A stretch of 59,657 nucleotides of DNA, the filler included. It is 9 parts of 9 records of this genome, joined end to end, with 100 filler letters (N's around TTAATTAATTAA, not from the genome) between each part and the next. Parts side by side here need not be neighbours in the genome. Positions count along the whole stretch, not along the records: positions 14,481 to 21,284 come from SRR31156797_78403; positions 21,385 to 26,631 come from SRR31156797_78829; positions 26,732 to 35,038 come from SRR31156797_78843; 6 more parts are not named here. One strand, written 5' to 3'. Of the stretch, positions 19,392 through 29,925 are shown piece after piece (the stretch's first letter is position 1; every line of letters starts with the position of its first letter). Below the pieces are notes generated by a model. The model searched no databases, had not been told where the DNA came from, and was given only the letters and a program-made list of their open reading frames with translations. A program made the translations under genes and the position numbers.

Positions 19392-20840
19392 ATGATCGAT
19401 TTCCGGCCCGTTTTGTTCATTGTCGGCATCCTGCTGTCGACGTTGGCGGTAGCCATGTGCGTGCCGGTATTGGCCGATGTCGCGATCGGCCATCCGGACT
19501 GGCAGGTTTTCGGCACGTCGGCCGGGTTGACCTTGTTCGTCGGCGTCGCCCTGGTCCTGACCAACCGCACGAACGATATCCGCATGTCGGTTCGACAGGC
19601 CTTCGTCATGACGGCGCTGAGTTGGACCGTGTTGACCGTCTTCGCGGCGCTGCCGCTGAAGTTTTCGGAACTGAACCTGAGCTATACCGACGCCTTTTTC
19701 GAAGCCATGTCGGGCGTGACGACGACGGGATCGACGGTCATTGTCGGCCTCGACCACGCGCCGCCGGGTGTTCTTCTGTGGCGGGCCATGCTGCAATGGA
19801 TGGGCGGCATCGGAATCGTCGTCATGGCGATCGCCGTGATGCCGATGCTTCGGGTCGGCGGCATGCAGCTGTTCCGCATGGAATCGTCCGATCGATCGGA
19901 AAAGGCGATGCCACGCGTCGCCCAGATCGCGGGTGCCACCGCCATCATCTACCTCGGTCTGTCGGTAGCCTGGGCGGCCATGTATTGGGCCGCCGGCATG
20001 ACCCCGTTCGAAGCCGTTTCCCATACCATGACGACCATTGCCACCGGCGGTTTTTCGACCTCGGACGGATCGGTCGGCCATTTTGACAGCGCCCTGATCG
20101 ATGCCATTGCGACGGCCGGCATGCTGGTCGGCGGCATGCCCTTCGTGCTCTATCTGCGCATGGCGCAAGGCAGCAAGCTGGCTTTGATCCGCGACTCCCA
20201 GGTGCGGGTTTTCCTGGCCGTGGTGCTTGGGCTGATCCTTGTCGGAACCGGGTTCCTATGGCTTCGGAACGGGTTGGAGCCGTTGCAGGCGCTACGCTAC
20301 GCCTCGTTCAACCTGGTTTCGATCATCACCGGAACTGGCTATGCGACATCGGATTTCTACCGGTGGGGGCCCTTTGCGGTGCCGCTTTTTTTCATGATCA
20401 TGTTCATCGGCGGCTGTGCCGGATCGACCACCTGCGGGATCAAGATCTTCCGGTTCCAGGTTTTGTACGCTTCGGCGAAAACCCAAATCCGGCATCTGTT
20501 TCAGCCGCACGGGGTTTTCATCCCCTATTACAACCGGCGGCCGATTCCGGACGATGTCATCGATTCGGTGCTCAGCTTCTTCTACGTATTCATCCTGTGC
20601 TTCGGCCTGCTGGCGATCGGGCTCGGCATGCTGGGGCTGGATTACCTGACGGCGATTTCGGGCGCCGCCACCGCCATCTGCAACGTCGGCCCGGCCTTGG
20701 GCGACATCATCGGCCCGGCCGGCAATTTCTCGTCCCTGCCGGATGCTGCCAAATGGATGCTGTCGGCCGGTATGCTGTTGGGACGGCTTGAGCTTTTCAC
20801 CGTCATCGTCCTGTTCAGCCGCACCTTCTGGCGCGGTTAA
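19392..20840 (+). CDS. trkH: TrkH-family potassium uptake permease
   Basis: Four pore motifs: SGVTTTG, IATGGFS, ITGTGY, CNVGP; GGCAGST; LLGRLE. Confidence 0.93.
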   Translation: MIDFRPVLFIVGILLSTLAVAMCVPVLADVAIGHPDWQVFGTSAGLTLFVGVALVLTNRTNDIRMSVRQAFVMTALSWTVLTVFAALPLKFSELNLSYTDAFFEAMSGVTTTGSTVIVGLDHAPPGVLLWRAMLQWMGGIGIVVMAIAVMPMLRVGGMQLFRMESSDRSEKAMPRVAQIAGATAIIYLGLSVAWAAMYWAAGMTPFEAVSHTMTTIATGGFSTSDGSVGHFDSALIDAIATAGMLVGGMPFVLYLRMAQGSKLALIRDSQVRVFLAVVLGLILVGTGFLWLRNGLEPLQALRYASFNLVSIITGTGYATSDFYRWGPFAVPLFFMIMFIGGCAGSTTCGIKIFRFQVLYASAKTQIRHLFQPHGVFIPYYNRRPIPDDVIDSVLSFFYVFILCFGLLAIGLGMLGLDYLTAISGAATAICNVGPALGDIIGPAGNFSSLPDAAKWMLSAGMLLGRLELFTVIVLFSRTFWRG

Positions 20841-20934
20841 CTCCTTTTTCGCTCACGGCAGCGGACTCGTCGGTCCGTGCCTGCGCGGGCGCGCCGGACG
20901 GCCGGCGGGCTGTGGTTGCAGCCTTTAAGCGAGC

Positions 20935-21284
20935 CTAAAGGATGCCGTGGCGGGCGAAGACGTCGCGCAACGAATCGCCGCGAGCCAGTTCCTCGCGAAC
21001 GCGGTTCTCGCCCGAGACCTTTTCCAGGGCCAGACGAAGCGATTGCTCGGCCAGGCGTTCGGGAACCACGACGACACCGTCGGCATCGCCGAAGACCAGA
21101 TCGCCGGGGCTGACATCGACACCGCCGCAGGCGATCGGAACATCGACCGCCATCACCTTTCCGCGCCCTTTCGAATCAAGCGGCGCGATGCCGCCGTGGA
21201 AAACCGGAAAGCCCATTTCCCTGACCAGTCGGATGTCGCGGACCAGGCCGTCGGTCACGCAGCCGACGGCACCCCGCGCTTTCG
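20935..21284 (-). CDS. RraA-family / HMG aldolase-like protein (5'-truncated)
   Basis: DGLVRDI, GFPVF, VSPGDLVFGDADGVVVVP. Confidence 0.85.
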
Positions 21285-21384
21285 NNNNNNNNNNNNNNNN
21301 NNNNNNNNNNNNNNNNNNNNNNNNNNNNTTAATTAATTAANNNNNNNNNNNNNNNNNNNNNNNNNNNNNNNNNNNNNNNNNNNN
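21285..21384. other. Artificial contig linker
   Basis: N44-TTAATTAATTAA-N44. Confidence 0.98.
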
Positions 21385-21453
21385 GTTCAACACCCGCGAG
21401 ACGGTGGAGACGGATACCTGGGCTCTTTTCGCTATATCCCGAATGGTTGCCAT
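21385..21453 (-). CDS. LacI-family regulator, N-terminal 23 codons only (absent from the ORF track)
   Basis: Manual translation MATIRDIAKRAQVSVSTVSRVLN, a canonical LacI HTH; AAAGGA upstream. Confidence 0.88.
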
Positions 21454-21489
21454 TGAGTATTCGTTCCTTTCCCGGTTCAAGCTATATTC

Positions 21490-21513
21490 GGTACCGTTAC
21501 CGGTATCGTTACC
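21490..21513. promoter_or_regulatory. Tandem LacI-type operator candidates
   Basis: GGTACCGTTACC + GGTATCGTTACC, two near-palindromes with central CG, 36 nt upstream of the LacI start. Confidence 0.6.
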
Positions 21514-21681
21514 AGAATAGTGCTGATAACAGGAACTGTCAAGTTTTTTTCCCCGAATCTCCGGAGGCAGGTCCCCAGGCAGTCTTTCCTATCCGGACCG
21601 GATAAACCGGTCGTCCTGACTGACGCGCGAAATATATCCCGCCTGCTTCAAAGAAAGCCGGCCGGGAGGAAGAATACCGGC

Positions 21682-22713
21682 TCAGTCGGATGGGCGAACC
21701 CTTTTCACGGAATCGCGAATCACCAATCGGGCAGGAAGCCGAACATGAGCATCGAATTCGGATTCTCCTCGAATCATATTGAACAGAAGTTCGACCGCAA
21801 AGCGCCCTTTCTGATCCACATCCTGGTGCACCGTAGTGATTCGCGGACTGACAAAGCGGGAAAAAACATTATCGTCAAATCCCGTGATGGAGATATCATC
21901 AGGGATTCGAACTCCAATCTGGTGATAATAGGATATGGCTTCGGCAGCATGATAATCGGAGCAGAAGACAAGGGCCGTAGCCGAACAGGAGGACGATGCT
22001 TTCCGCCGCAACAGCGAATAGCGCTCCTCCAGATCCTTGGACAGGACATCGAAACTTAACTCGTCTGCAGAGACCCCCCTTTTTTCAAATGCCTCCTGAA
22101 TGCCCTTGAAACGGACAGGATCGGTTCCTGCGGAATCATAGCTATTCGCTAAATAGGCAATCCTGCGATGCCCCATGGAGAGCAGATAAGATCCCAGGTC
22201 AAATGATCCCTTTGCATCTTCGAGTCCCACAGTGCAGAAGCTCGGCTTATTCTCCTTATAGAAACTGTCGATGAATACAAGGGGAGAGCTGACATTGCTG
22301 ATCAGGGCCGGAATTATTTTATGAGGAACCCATGAAAGTATCAGACCCGAGAGCTTCCAGGTTCTGGACAATCGCAGGACCTCTTGCTCATCGCTGGTGG
22401 TATGCACCATCATGTAATAGCCGTTTCGGCGCAGTTCAGTCTCAATGGATCCGAGCATAGTCGATGAAAAAGGATCTTCCAGAACAGATTCGTTTCGCCG
22501 CGGCTCCATAAACATGATGACACCGACGATGCGAGAACGGTTCTGGCCCAGGATATGGGCTCCCATATTGGGAGCGTAGTCCTGCTCCTTCAGTATCGCC
22601 TCTACTTTATTCCTGGTTTTCTCAGACACACGGGCCGTATTACCGTTAAGTACATTGGACACCGTCGTAGGGCTCACACCGGCCAGCTGAGCAATATTCT
22701 TAATCGTAGCCAC
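21682..22713 (-). CDS. LacI-family transcriptional regulator
   Basis: ATIKNIAQLAGVSPTTVSNVLN, YAPN, GHRRIAY, IPDDISITGFDD, ITTVHQD; GTG start after GGGAG. Confidence 0.93.
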   Translation of the reverse strand: MATIKNIAQLAGVSPTTVSNVLNGNTARVSEKTRNKVEAILKEQDYAPNMGAHILGQNRSRIVGVIMFMEPRRNESVLEDPFSSTMLGSIETELRRNGYYMMVHTTSDEQEVLRLSRTWKLSGLILSWVPHKIIPALISNVSSPLVFIDSFYKENKPSFCTVGLEDAKGSFDLGSYLLSMGHRRIAYLANSYDSAGTDPVRFKGIQEAFEKRGVSADELSFDVLSKDLEERYSLLRRKASSSCSATALVFCSDYHAAEAISYYHQIGVRIPDDISITGFDDNVFSRFVSPRITTVHQDVDQKGRFAVELLFNMIRGESEFDAHVRLPARLVIRDSVKRVRPSD

Positions 22714-22762
22714 GAACGCCAATCTCCCACTGTTTTTCAGAATTGATTCCAGCAACATTATC

Positions 22763-23670
22763 TCATTTTATAGATCCTTCTACCATTCCCTGGATGATAT
22801 ATCTCTGAGCGAAAAGATAAAGAAGGATCACCGGGATGATTGCGATAAGGGTGGATGTGAGAATCAGATCCCACTGCTTCAGATAGGCGCCGGCGAAGGC
22901 CGTAACCGCGATGGGGATGGTCTGCACGATGCCGTTGGAACCGAGAAGAAGCAGAGGCAGAAGATAGTCATTCCAAATCCAAATGCCGTTCAGAATCAGA
23001 ACCGTTACGATGATGGGCTGCAAGAGGGGGAATACGATTCTGAAAAAAAGGCGGTGGGGAGGGCAACCGTCAATCGTAGCCGCCTCTTCCAGCTCCAGCG
23101 GGATGTTCTTGATGAACCCGTGAAAGATGAAGATGGAAAGAGAAGAACCAAAGCCCAGATAGGCAAACACAGTCCCATAGATTGTTCCGAGCAGCCTGAT
23201 ATCCAGGAACTTCCCCAGCACGCGAAACCAGCGTACCAGAGGGTACATCAATACCTGGAAGGGGATAACCATGGCGGCGACAAAAGCCATAAAAATCAGG
23301 GTGGACCACATTTTATGATTCCGGACGAGAATCCAGGCGCCATAGACGAGAATGCGACAATGACCACCAGCGAAAAGAAGGTAATCAGGAAACTGTCAAC
23401 AAAGGCACCGAAATAATTCACTGTGGGATTCGTAAAAATAAGGGAGATATTGACCCACAACTGTCCCCAGGCCGAAGGAGGGGCAATGGCATTGAAGATG
23501 ATTTCCTGCGAAGTCTTGGCCGAGTTGAGCACCACTATTCCAAAGGGAAACATGAAGATCAGAAACAAAACGATTGCAATGATCTCCAGAAGCAGGCTTT
23601 GACTCTTCCTATGACTCCGCACCGATTCTCTTTTTTGATTATGCTCCAGCATAGCTGAAATACCAATCAC
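22763..23670 (-). pseudogene. Carbohydrate ABC permease (MalG-like) split by a 1-nt frameshift near 23337 (pseudogene or sequencing error)
   Basis: ORFs 23296-23670 and 22763-23311 join into one permease (...SSMAAWILVRNHKMWSTL...) if one G is added to ATGGCGCCTGG; EAA motif ELEEAATIDG in the second part. Confidence 0.8.
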
Positions 23671-24554
23671 ATCTCCACCTCCCGTTTCTTACTTGCACTG
23701 ACCTGTAGCAGGGCTATCACGACCAAGGCGACAAACAGAACGACCGCCTGGGCTTGAGCCTCCGCCATCCTATTGGCCGAGGCTGTGCTGAAGATATTCA
23801 TGGCCAGAAGCTGGCTTGCCTTTACAGGGATTTCCATAAACCGGGTAGCCGGTCCTCCGTTGGTAAGGGTGAAGTTCATGTCGAACTGCTTGAAAGACGT
23901 TGTGAGGGTCAGAAACAGAGAGATTGTAAAGGCGTTGGCCATCATCGGCATAAGGATATGGATGATCCGTCTGAAATAACCGGCTCCGTCCACCTTGGCG
24001 GCCTCCATAAGCGATGAGGGAATGCTTTGTATTGCCGTATAGAATATCAGCATGATATATCCGGCGTATTGCCAGGTATTCACCGCAGACATGGCCCAGA
24101 TTACGGTATTCGGATGGCTCAGGAATGAGGATTGCAGGGCTGGAATGGACAGGGACTCTCCGATATCAAGGAATATGTTATTGAAGATGAACTGCCAGAT
24201 GTACCCCAGAACGATTCCCCCGATCAGGTAGGGAATGAAAAAACCTGCCCGATAAAAGTTCCGGAATCGCAGCTTAGCGCTCACCAGAAGAGAAAGGACG
24301 AAACTCACGGCATTGACGAGAATGATATTGATAACTGTAAAGGCCACAGTGATTAAAAAGGAATAGAGAAATCCGGGAGAAGAGAATAAGGTCCTGAAAT
24401 TCTTTAATCCGACAAAGTTGATATCGGGACTGACGCCGTTCCAGTCGGTAAGGGAATAGTACAAGCCGAAAAAGAACGGAATGACGATAACAGTGACATA
24501 GGCGAATACCGTCGGCGTTAGAAACAGGATATTCACCAAACGATTCTGCTTCAT
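23667..24554 (-). CDS. Carbohydrate ABC permease (MalF-like)
   Basis: SLTDWNG, FVGLKNF, LMEAAKVDGA, LTNGGP. Confidence 0.92.
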   Translation of the reverse strand: MKQNRLVNILFLTPTVFAYVTVIVIPFFFGLYYSLTDWNGVSPDINFVGLKNFRTLFSSPGFLYSFLITVAFTVINIILVNAVSFVLSLLVSAKLRFRNFYRAGFFIPYLIGGIVLGYIWQFIFNNIFLDIGESLSIPALQSSFLSHPNTVIWAMSAVNTWQYAGYIMLIFYTAIQSIPSSLMEAAKVDGAGYFRRIIHILMPMMANAFTISLFLTLTTSFKQFDMNFTLTNGGPATRFMEIPVKASQLLAMNIFSTASANRMAEAQAQAVVLFVALVVIALLQVSASKKREVEM

Positions 24555-24696
24555 ATTTCCTCCTGGGAGTGAGCTAAAGCAACAGCTTTGACCGCAAACT
24601 TATGCGATGAAAAAGAAATGGATAACGACTCATTGAAAACAAAGCCCATCGCTTTTTCCCGGCGATGAGCTCGTTTGAACGACCTTTTCCGACTCC

Positions 24697-25971
24697 CTAC
24701 ATATTGGGGAGATTGGCGATCGCGGCCTGCATATCCGCAACGAACTGGTCTATGTTCTCAGGATTCTGTGCAAACAGATCATAGATGGGCCCGAAAACAT
24801 TCTGACCGGCTCCATCGGGAAGCATTCCGAAAAAGACGCCGTAGTTCCCCCCCCGGGCATTGGCCCTCATAAGCTCTTTGCTAAGGGGGCCGGAAGGTTC
24901 GAGGGTAACGGATTTGAAGGCAGGAATCATACCGGCGCCCTCTACCATAAATTCATGGCCCTCAGCGGTGGTTGCAATGGAGTTGAGAAACGCCTTGGCG
25001 GCTTCGGCATTAGGGCTCTGACTGTTGACGACAAACCAACTGGGAGCGAAAAGGTAGAGTCCTTCCTGAGGAGTCTCTGTAAACGCATGGGGAGCATAGC
25101 CGATATTGAAAGACACACCCAGCTGAGCCAGATTGGGATCGACCCAGTTCCCCTGATGAAGGAAAGCGGTCCGCCCCTGAGCAAAAGAACCGACCTGATC
25201 GTCATAGCTTCCGTTCAGGAGGATGTTCTGATCAGCGTATTCGAACAGCAGCTGAAGGTATTTGGCATATTCCCGGAATCGGGATTCGTCCATCTTTCCT
25301 TTCAGCGCATCGTTAATGATACTGGTATCCGTAAAATCAAGATCACCGCCCCAGTAGAGAGCCAGATTGTGCTGAGCGCCTACCCACCACATCCCCCCGG
25401 CAACGGAGGCAGCCATGGCTACGGGTGCCTCTATTCCCAGTTCGCCCTTTCTGGACTCCAGAATTTCAAAGGCTTTTGCGTAGGCGCTGCGGGTTGTCAG
25501 AGAGGCAGGATCGATACCGGCTTTTTCCAGAATATCCGCATTATAGGCCAGTCCGTATCCTTCGATGGCTACGGGAAATCCTTTTACTTTTCCTTCCACG
25601 ACCATCGCCAGGTCCGTATCTTTAACCCAGGCTTCGCCATTCAGATCGGCAATATAATCTTTCCATAGATTGTATCCCCCCAGTCCTTCAATCTGAAAGA
25701 TATCCGGCATCTGATCGGACTGGGCCTTGGCCTTCAAAGCGCCGCCGTAATCTCCCCCTCCTCCCAGAGTCTCAACTTTAACCGTTACACCGGGTGTGGC
25801 CGCCGAATACTCGGCAGCGTAAGCATCCAGAGCGTCCTTGATTTCCACCTTCAGCTGAAACATATTGAGAGAAGTATCCGATCCATCACCACCGGAATCA
25901 TTCGTACCATTGGCGAAACCAGCGGAAACCATTCCCAGAACCAGAGCGCATACCAGAATAAGCCTTTTCAT
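24697..25971 (-). CDS. Carbohydrate ABC substrate-binding protein
   Basis: Spirochaete-style leader (...GFANG), FQLKVEI, PDIF, FPVAIEGYGLAYN, HQGNWVDP; GAAGGAGG RBS. Confidence 0.9.
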   Translation of the reverse strand: MKRLILVCALVLGMVSAGFANGTNDSGGDGSDTSLNMFQLKVEIKDALDAYAAEYSAATPGVTVKVETLGGGGDYGGALKAKAQSDQMPDIFQIEGLGGYNLWKDYIADLNGEAWVKDTDLAMVVEGKVKGFPVAIEGYGLAYNADILEKAGIDPASLTTRSAYAKAFEILESRKGELGIEAPVAMAASVAGGMWWVGAQHNLALYWGGDLDFTDTSIINDALKGKMDESRFREYAKYLQLLFEYADQNILLNGSYDDQVGSFAQGRTAFLHQGNWVDPNLAQLGVSFNIGYAPHAFTETPQEGLYLFAPSWFVVNSQSPNAEAAKAFLNSIATTAEGHEFMVEGAGMIPAFKSVTLEPSGPLSKELMRANARGGNYGVFFGMLPDGAGQNVFGPIYDLFAQNPENIDQFVADMQAAIANLPNM

Positions 25972-26017
25972 AATTAATCCTCCTTCAGATTCTTCTTATT
26001 TACTAGAAAAACAACGA

Positions 26018-26039
26018 CTAGGTGTTGCGCAACACCTAG
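26018..26039. promoter_or_regulatory. Perfect 22-bp palindrome, probable LacI-family operator
   Basis: CTAGGTGTTGCGCAACACCTAG with central CG, 46 nt upstream of the SBP start. Confidence 0.8.
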
Positions 26040-26043
26040 ATAG

Positions 26044-26071
26044 AGGATAACACATGTTATCGGCTTGTCAA
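26044..26071 (-). promoter_or_regulatory. Sigma70-type promoter for the sugar ABC operon
   Basis: Minus strand TTGACA-N16-TATCCT with TG extended -10, immediately upstream of the palindrome. Confidence 0.6.
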
Positions 26072-26496
26072 GAATAAAAAAAAGAACATGAAATCACATT
26101 TGACCAGGATCATTTGAAGGGGGCGGGGCGATAAAAGCCGAAGACCTTTTCATGTGATATCGACCAAAATATTGCAAGATTAGGGAAACGGCTATGAATC
26201 ACCGGGGCTCTCCGGCATTCTCAATCTTATCCTGATTTGGCTTCGCCGATCTTAACACATGGATCAAGCCGGAGAATGACCAGCCGATTCCCAGCAGGAT
26301 TCGCCCTTACGATTGGGATGCAAGAGGAATCAGGCATCCTCTCAAGTCTCTCCCAGCGCGATTTGCACAGATAACCATTGCAAAACTGAAACAGTTTTTC
26401 AATAATAGAAACAACACAGAAATGCTTTACGGAACGAATCCTTCCGGACAGGTATGACACGAGGCCTTAACAGGCCCTCTCAAAAGGAGAAAGAGC

Positions 26497-26631
26497 ATGA
26501 TTATCGACCATATGGGAAACGCAAAGTGGTATGAGGGCCTCCACCCCCGCTTCAGGGCGGCCTTCGACTTCATCAGGAACAACGACCTGCAAACCATGGA
26601 GGCGGGACGCTATGAAATTGACGGAGACAAT
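26497..26631 (+). CDS. YhcH/YjgK/YiaL family protein (3'-truncated)
   Basis: MIIDHM...LHPRFRAAFDFI...GRYEIDGD; AAGGAG RBS. Confidence 0.8.
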
Positions 26632-26731
26632 NNNNNNNNNNNNNNNNNNNNNNNNNNNNNNNNNNNNNNNNNNNNTTAATTAATTAANNNNNNNNNNNNN
26701 NNNNNNNNNNNNNNNNNNNNNNNNNNNNNNN
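26632..26731. other. Artificial contig linker
   Basis: N44-TTAATTAATTAA-N44. Confidence 0.98.
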
Positions 26732-27513
26732 CGGTAGAATGGGATGATTTCCTTGATACCTGTCGTATCTTGAAAGAGAGGGGAATTATCCCCATCGCTG
26801 CCGGAAATAACAGGCCAATGACCACCGAGTTTTTAAGACGGAGTCTTATCTCGGCCTTCTTTACTGATCAGGAAATCGCTGACTTTTATAAACAGGGACG
26901 TGGTGTCGGTTCTCCCCGCTTCAGACAGATAATGGAGTTTTGCAGAACCCTGAGTGATAAGGGCTTTTTTCATGAAGAGGGTTTGATGCGGCCCTATTTC
27001 AATTTTGCGTCTCAAACCTTCAGTTCAGGAGAGGCTGCCATGATTCCCGGTTTGATTTCTGACATCTCTCACTGGAAGACCTTTTCTGATGCCCTGGGCC
27101 CCGAGGTCGTCGGTTATTTTCCAAATCTCAAACATCCGGAAATGGCTCGTCCCGGAGTCCAGCTGCTTCAGGATGCAGGTGTTCTTGTGTGCATCAATAA
27201 AGACTCGGAACGTAAGGATGACGCCTTCCTGTATCTACAGCATCTTTTCGGTAATAAAGCAGGAAAAATATGGATGGAGGATCTGGGAATGCTTCTGCCC
27301 CTGGAGGAGATCGAACTCCCTCTTGAGGCGTATCCTGTTCTCAGAGAGATAAAAGAGGCCTTAGGAACGACAGGGGCCGATCCGGAGCTGTATGTACCTT
27401 CGGTGTATACATCGGATGTCCAGTATCGCCTGGATGATCTTCTTATCAATACACGTGAAATCAGCGTAGATGAATACCTTATAAAAATATTCAATGAGCT
27501 GAGATTGTACTGA
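26732..27513 (+). CDS. Sugar-binding (SBP_bac) domain protein, C-terminal part (5'-truncated)
   Basis: WDDFLDTCRILKERGIIPIAAG, FSSGEAAM; shares SDIxHWKxFxDAxG with the next gene. Confidence 0.75.
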
Positions 27514-27653
27514 GGTTTTCACAAGATTTGACAGGAATCGCATGATTTGAGATATACGAATGACAGCTTTTAACAGTGCTTCTGTGTATTGAAACTAGGC
27601 AGCTTTCAAAAGAGCCCTTCACAATAATTTAACAATTTTTCTGGAGGACTCTT

Positions 27654-28949
27654 ATGATCAAAAAAGGTTTGTTACTGATTCTTGTTTCTTTAGTCTGTTC
27701 ATTTTCGGCTATGGCCACGGGGCAGAATGATGGAACTACAGATTCCGCTGACGATTCTGTCTCTTTAACTGTATGGGACTTTAAATACAGCGAAGAGGTC
27801 GTGGGCTCGGCGTTGAAGGATATGGATTCTCTTTATCTTTCCTCTCATCCCGAAGTGAAACTCACTCATGTGGCCCAGCCCCATGACAACTACTATGAGA
27901 TATTGGCTGCGGCTATCGGCTCCGGCAAAGGGCCCGATGTCATTATGGCCCACACGGATCAGAGGATCTGGAACATGGAAGAGTACCTGCTGGATCTCGA
28001 TCCTTATATTGGAAGCTGGAAAAATGACATCTCCGAATCGGCTTGGGCCGCCTGTTCGGCAGATGGAAGCAGCGAGAGCCGGATTAAAATAGTTCCTCTG
28101 ACCGCTCAGGGGATTGGGATTTACTATAACAAGAGCAATCTTGAGAAGGCCGGAATTGATACATCAGCGGCTCTTGGAGAGTGGGATGTTTTTCTGGAGG
28201 CCTGTGAGCAGCTGAAATCTGCCGGGATTCCTCCTATTGTAATGGGTAACAGCGGTCAGCCCTTTGGTATAGATTTCGCCTACAGAGTTCTCCTTTCCAA
28301 CTTCTATGGAAAAGCGCTAACTGGATTCCAGGATGGCTCGGCCAATTTTACAGATGAAGCCTTTATCGAGGCTACCAGGATGATAAAAAACCTTTTTACC
28401 AGGGGTTATGTAAATATTGAAAATGCTACGATTCCCTATTTTATGGATGGTATTGAGCTGTTTAAATCCGGCGAGGGCGGTTTCTTTGTAGGCCTGACTT
28501 CTGATATTGCACATTGGAAGGATTTTGGAGATGCCTTTGGTTATGGCAATCTGGGCTATATTCCCAGCATTAACACTCCAAAGGCTTCTTACAGTGATAG
28601 ACAGAGCTCCCAGGGGGCGGGGATAGGATTCGCTGTGTTGGCTAACTCAAAGAATCCCGAAGTTGCTGTCGATTACCTATATGAACTGGTACATGGGGAA
28701 TCCGCCAGCCTTTTTTTAAACAGAACCGGAGCTATAGTTCCCAATAAGACTATACCTATTGAAAATGAATCTCTGGCGGAGATCGTCAACTATATGGGAG
28801 CCAACGCGGTTCCAGACTTCTACAACATGCTGGATGCCGGTTTCGGTGCCGAGTTCTATAACTACCTTCAGCTCTTTTTTATTGCTGATGAAATCAGTCT
28901 GAATAAATATATTGAAAGCCTCCAAAAGGCGTACGAAATGAATCTCTAA
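27654..28949 (+). CDS. Carbohydrate ABC substrate-binding protein
   Basis: Leader ...SAMATGQND, GKGPDV, GIYYNKSNLEKAGI; GGAGG RBS. Confidence 0.9.
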   Translation: MIKKGLLLILVSLVCSFSAMATGQNDGTTDSADDSVSLTVWDFKYSEEVVGSALKDMDSLYLSSHPEVKLTHVAQPHDNYYEILAAAIGSGKGPDVIMAHTDQRIWNMEEYLLDLDPYIGSWKNDISESAWAACSADGSSESRIKIVPLTAQGIGIYYNKSNLEKAGIDTSAALGEWDVFLEACEQLKSAGIPPIVMGNSGQPFGIDFAYRVLLSNFYGKALTGFQDGSANFTDEAFIEATRMIKNLFTRGYVNIENATIPYFMDGIELFKSGEGGFFVGLTSDIAHWKDFGDAFGYGNLGYIPSINTPKASYSDRQSSQGAGIGFAVLANSKNPEVAVDYLYELVHGESASLFLNRTGAIVPNKTIPIENESLAEIVNYMGANAVPDFYNMLDAGFGAEFYNYLQLFFIADEISLNKYIESLQKAYEMNL

Positions 28950-29028
28950 TTTCTGTATCAACCGGAACAGAGCCTTAAGCCAGGGGTCGCCTCAGACCCG
29001 GTTTAAGGCTTCTTCCTAAGGATCTAAA

Positions 29029-29925
29029 ATGTATAAAAAACGATTAATGAAACAACAGGAAGAGAGGGATGCTTTCATTTTACTTGCCCCTCTTCTCATC
29101 CTGATGCTGACCTTTACGGTCTATCCTGTACTCGCCAACTTTTACTATAGCCTGACTAAATGGAAGGGCTTTGGTCAGGCCGAGTGGGTGGGCGTACGGA
29201 ACTATATCCGCATGTTTCAGGATGATAAATTCTGGCACTCCCTTAAAAACCTGGGAATTCTTATTCTTTACATTCCCCTGGGTGTCTTTATCCCCCTGTT
29301 GGTGGCTTCTATCCTCAGAGACGGGATGAAGGGTTGGACCTTTTTCCGTTCCGTAATCTATCTGCCCACAATTCTTGGGTATGTCATACTGGGAACCCTT
29401 TTCAGTATTATATTAAGTCAAACGGGACCACTGATCGAGTTTTTGACTTTTCTCGGCATTGATGACGCCAATGCACTGAACCTTCTGGGGAAATCAGGAT
29501 CGGCAATTCATACGGTGGCTGTAATCTTTGTCGTCTTTTCTAAGATGGGTTTCGGTTGTATCTACTTTCTGGCTGCTATGAGCAGTATTGATACGGGAAT
29601 GTATGATGCCGCCGGTATCGATGGAGCAAACTGGTGGCAGCGATTCCTACATATCACCATCCCCAGCATTTCCTTCTCTCTACAGTTCTTTCTGGTCCTT
29701 TCGTTTATCGAGGTCTTCGCCAGAATGTACAGTTTTATCTATACCCTGACCTATGGCGGTCCCGGATTTGCCACCTATACCCTTGAGTTTGGAATCTACC
29801 GCCAAGGATTTCAGGCTTTTAAAATGGGCTATGCCTCCTCATGGGCGGTGGTTCTGTTTTTCTTCTGTGCTGTGATAGCAGCTTTCCAGATTCAAGTTCT
29901 GAAGAAAGGAGGCCAGCTCAAATGA
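29029..29925 (+). CDS. Carbohydrate ABC permease (MalF-like)
   Basis: SLTKWKG, VGVRNY, YDAAGIDGANWWQRF, LTYGGP. Confidence 0.92.
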   Translation: MYKKRLMKQQEERDAFILLAPLLILMLTFTVYPVLANFYYSLTKWKGFGQAEWVGVRNYIRMFQDDKFWHSLKNLGILILYIPLGVFIPLLVASILRDGMKGWTFFRSVIYLPTILGYVILGTLFSIILSQTGPLIEFLTFLGIDDANALNLLGKSGSAIHTVAVIFVVFSKMGFGCIYFLAAMSSIDTGMYDAAGIDGANWWQRFLHITIPSISFSLQFFLVLSFIEVFARMYSFIYTLTYGGPGFATYTLEFGIYRQGFQAFKMGYASSWAVVLFFFCAVIAAFQIQVLKKGGQLK

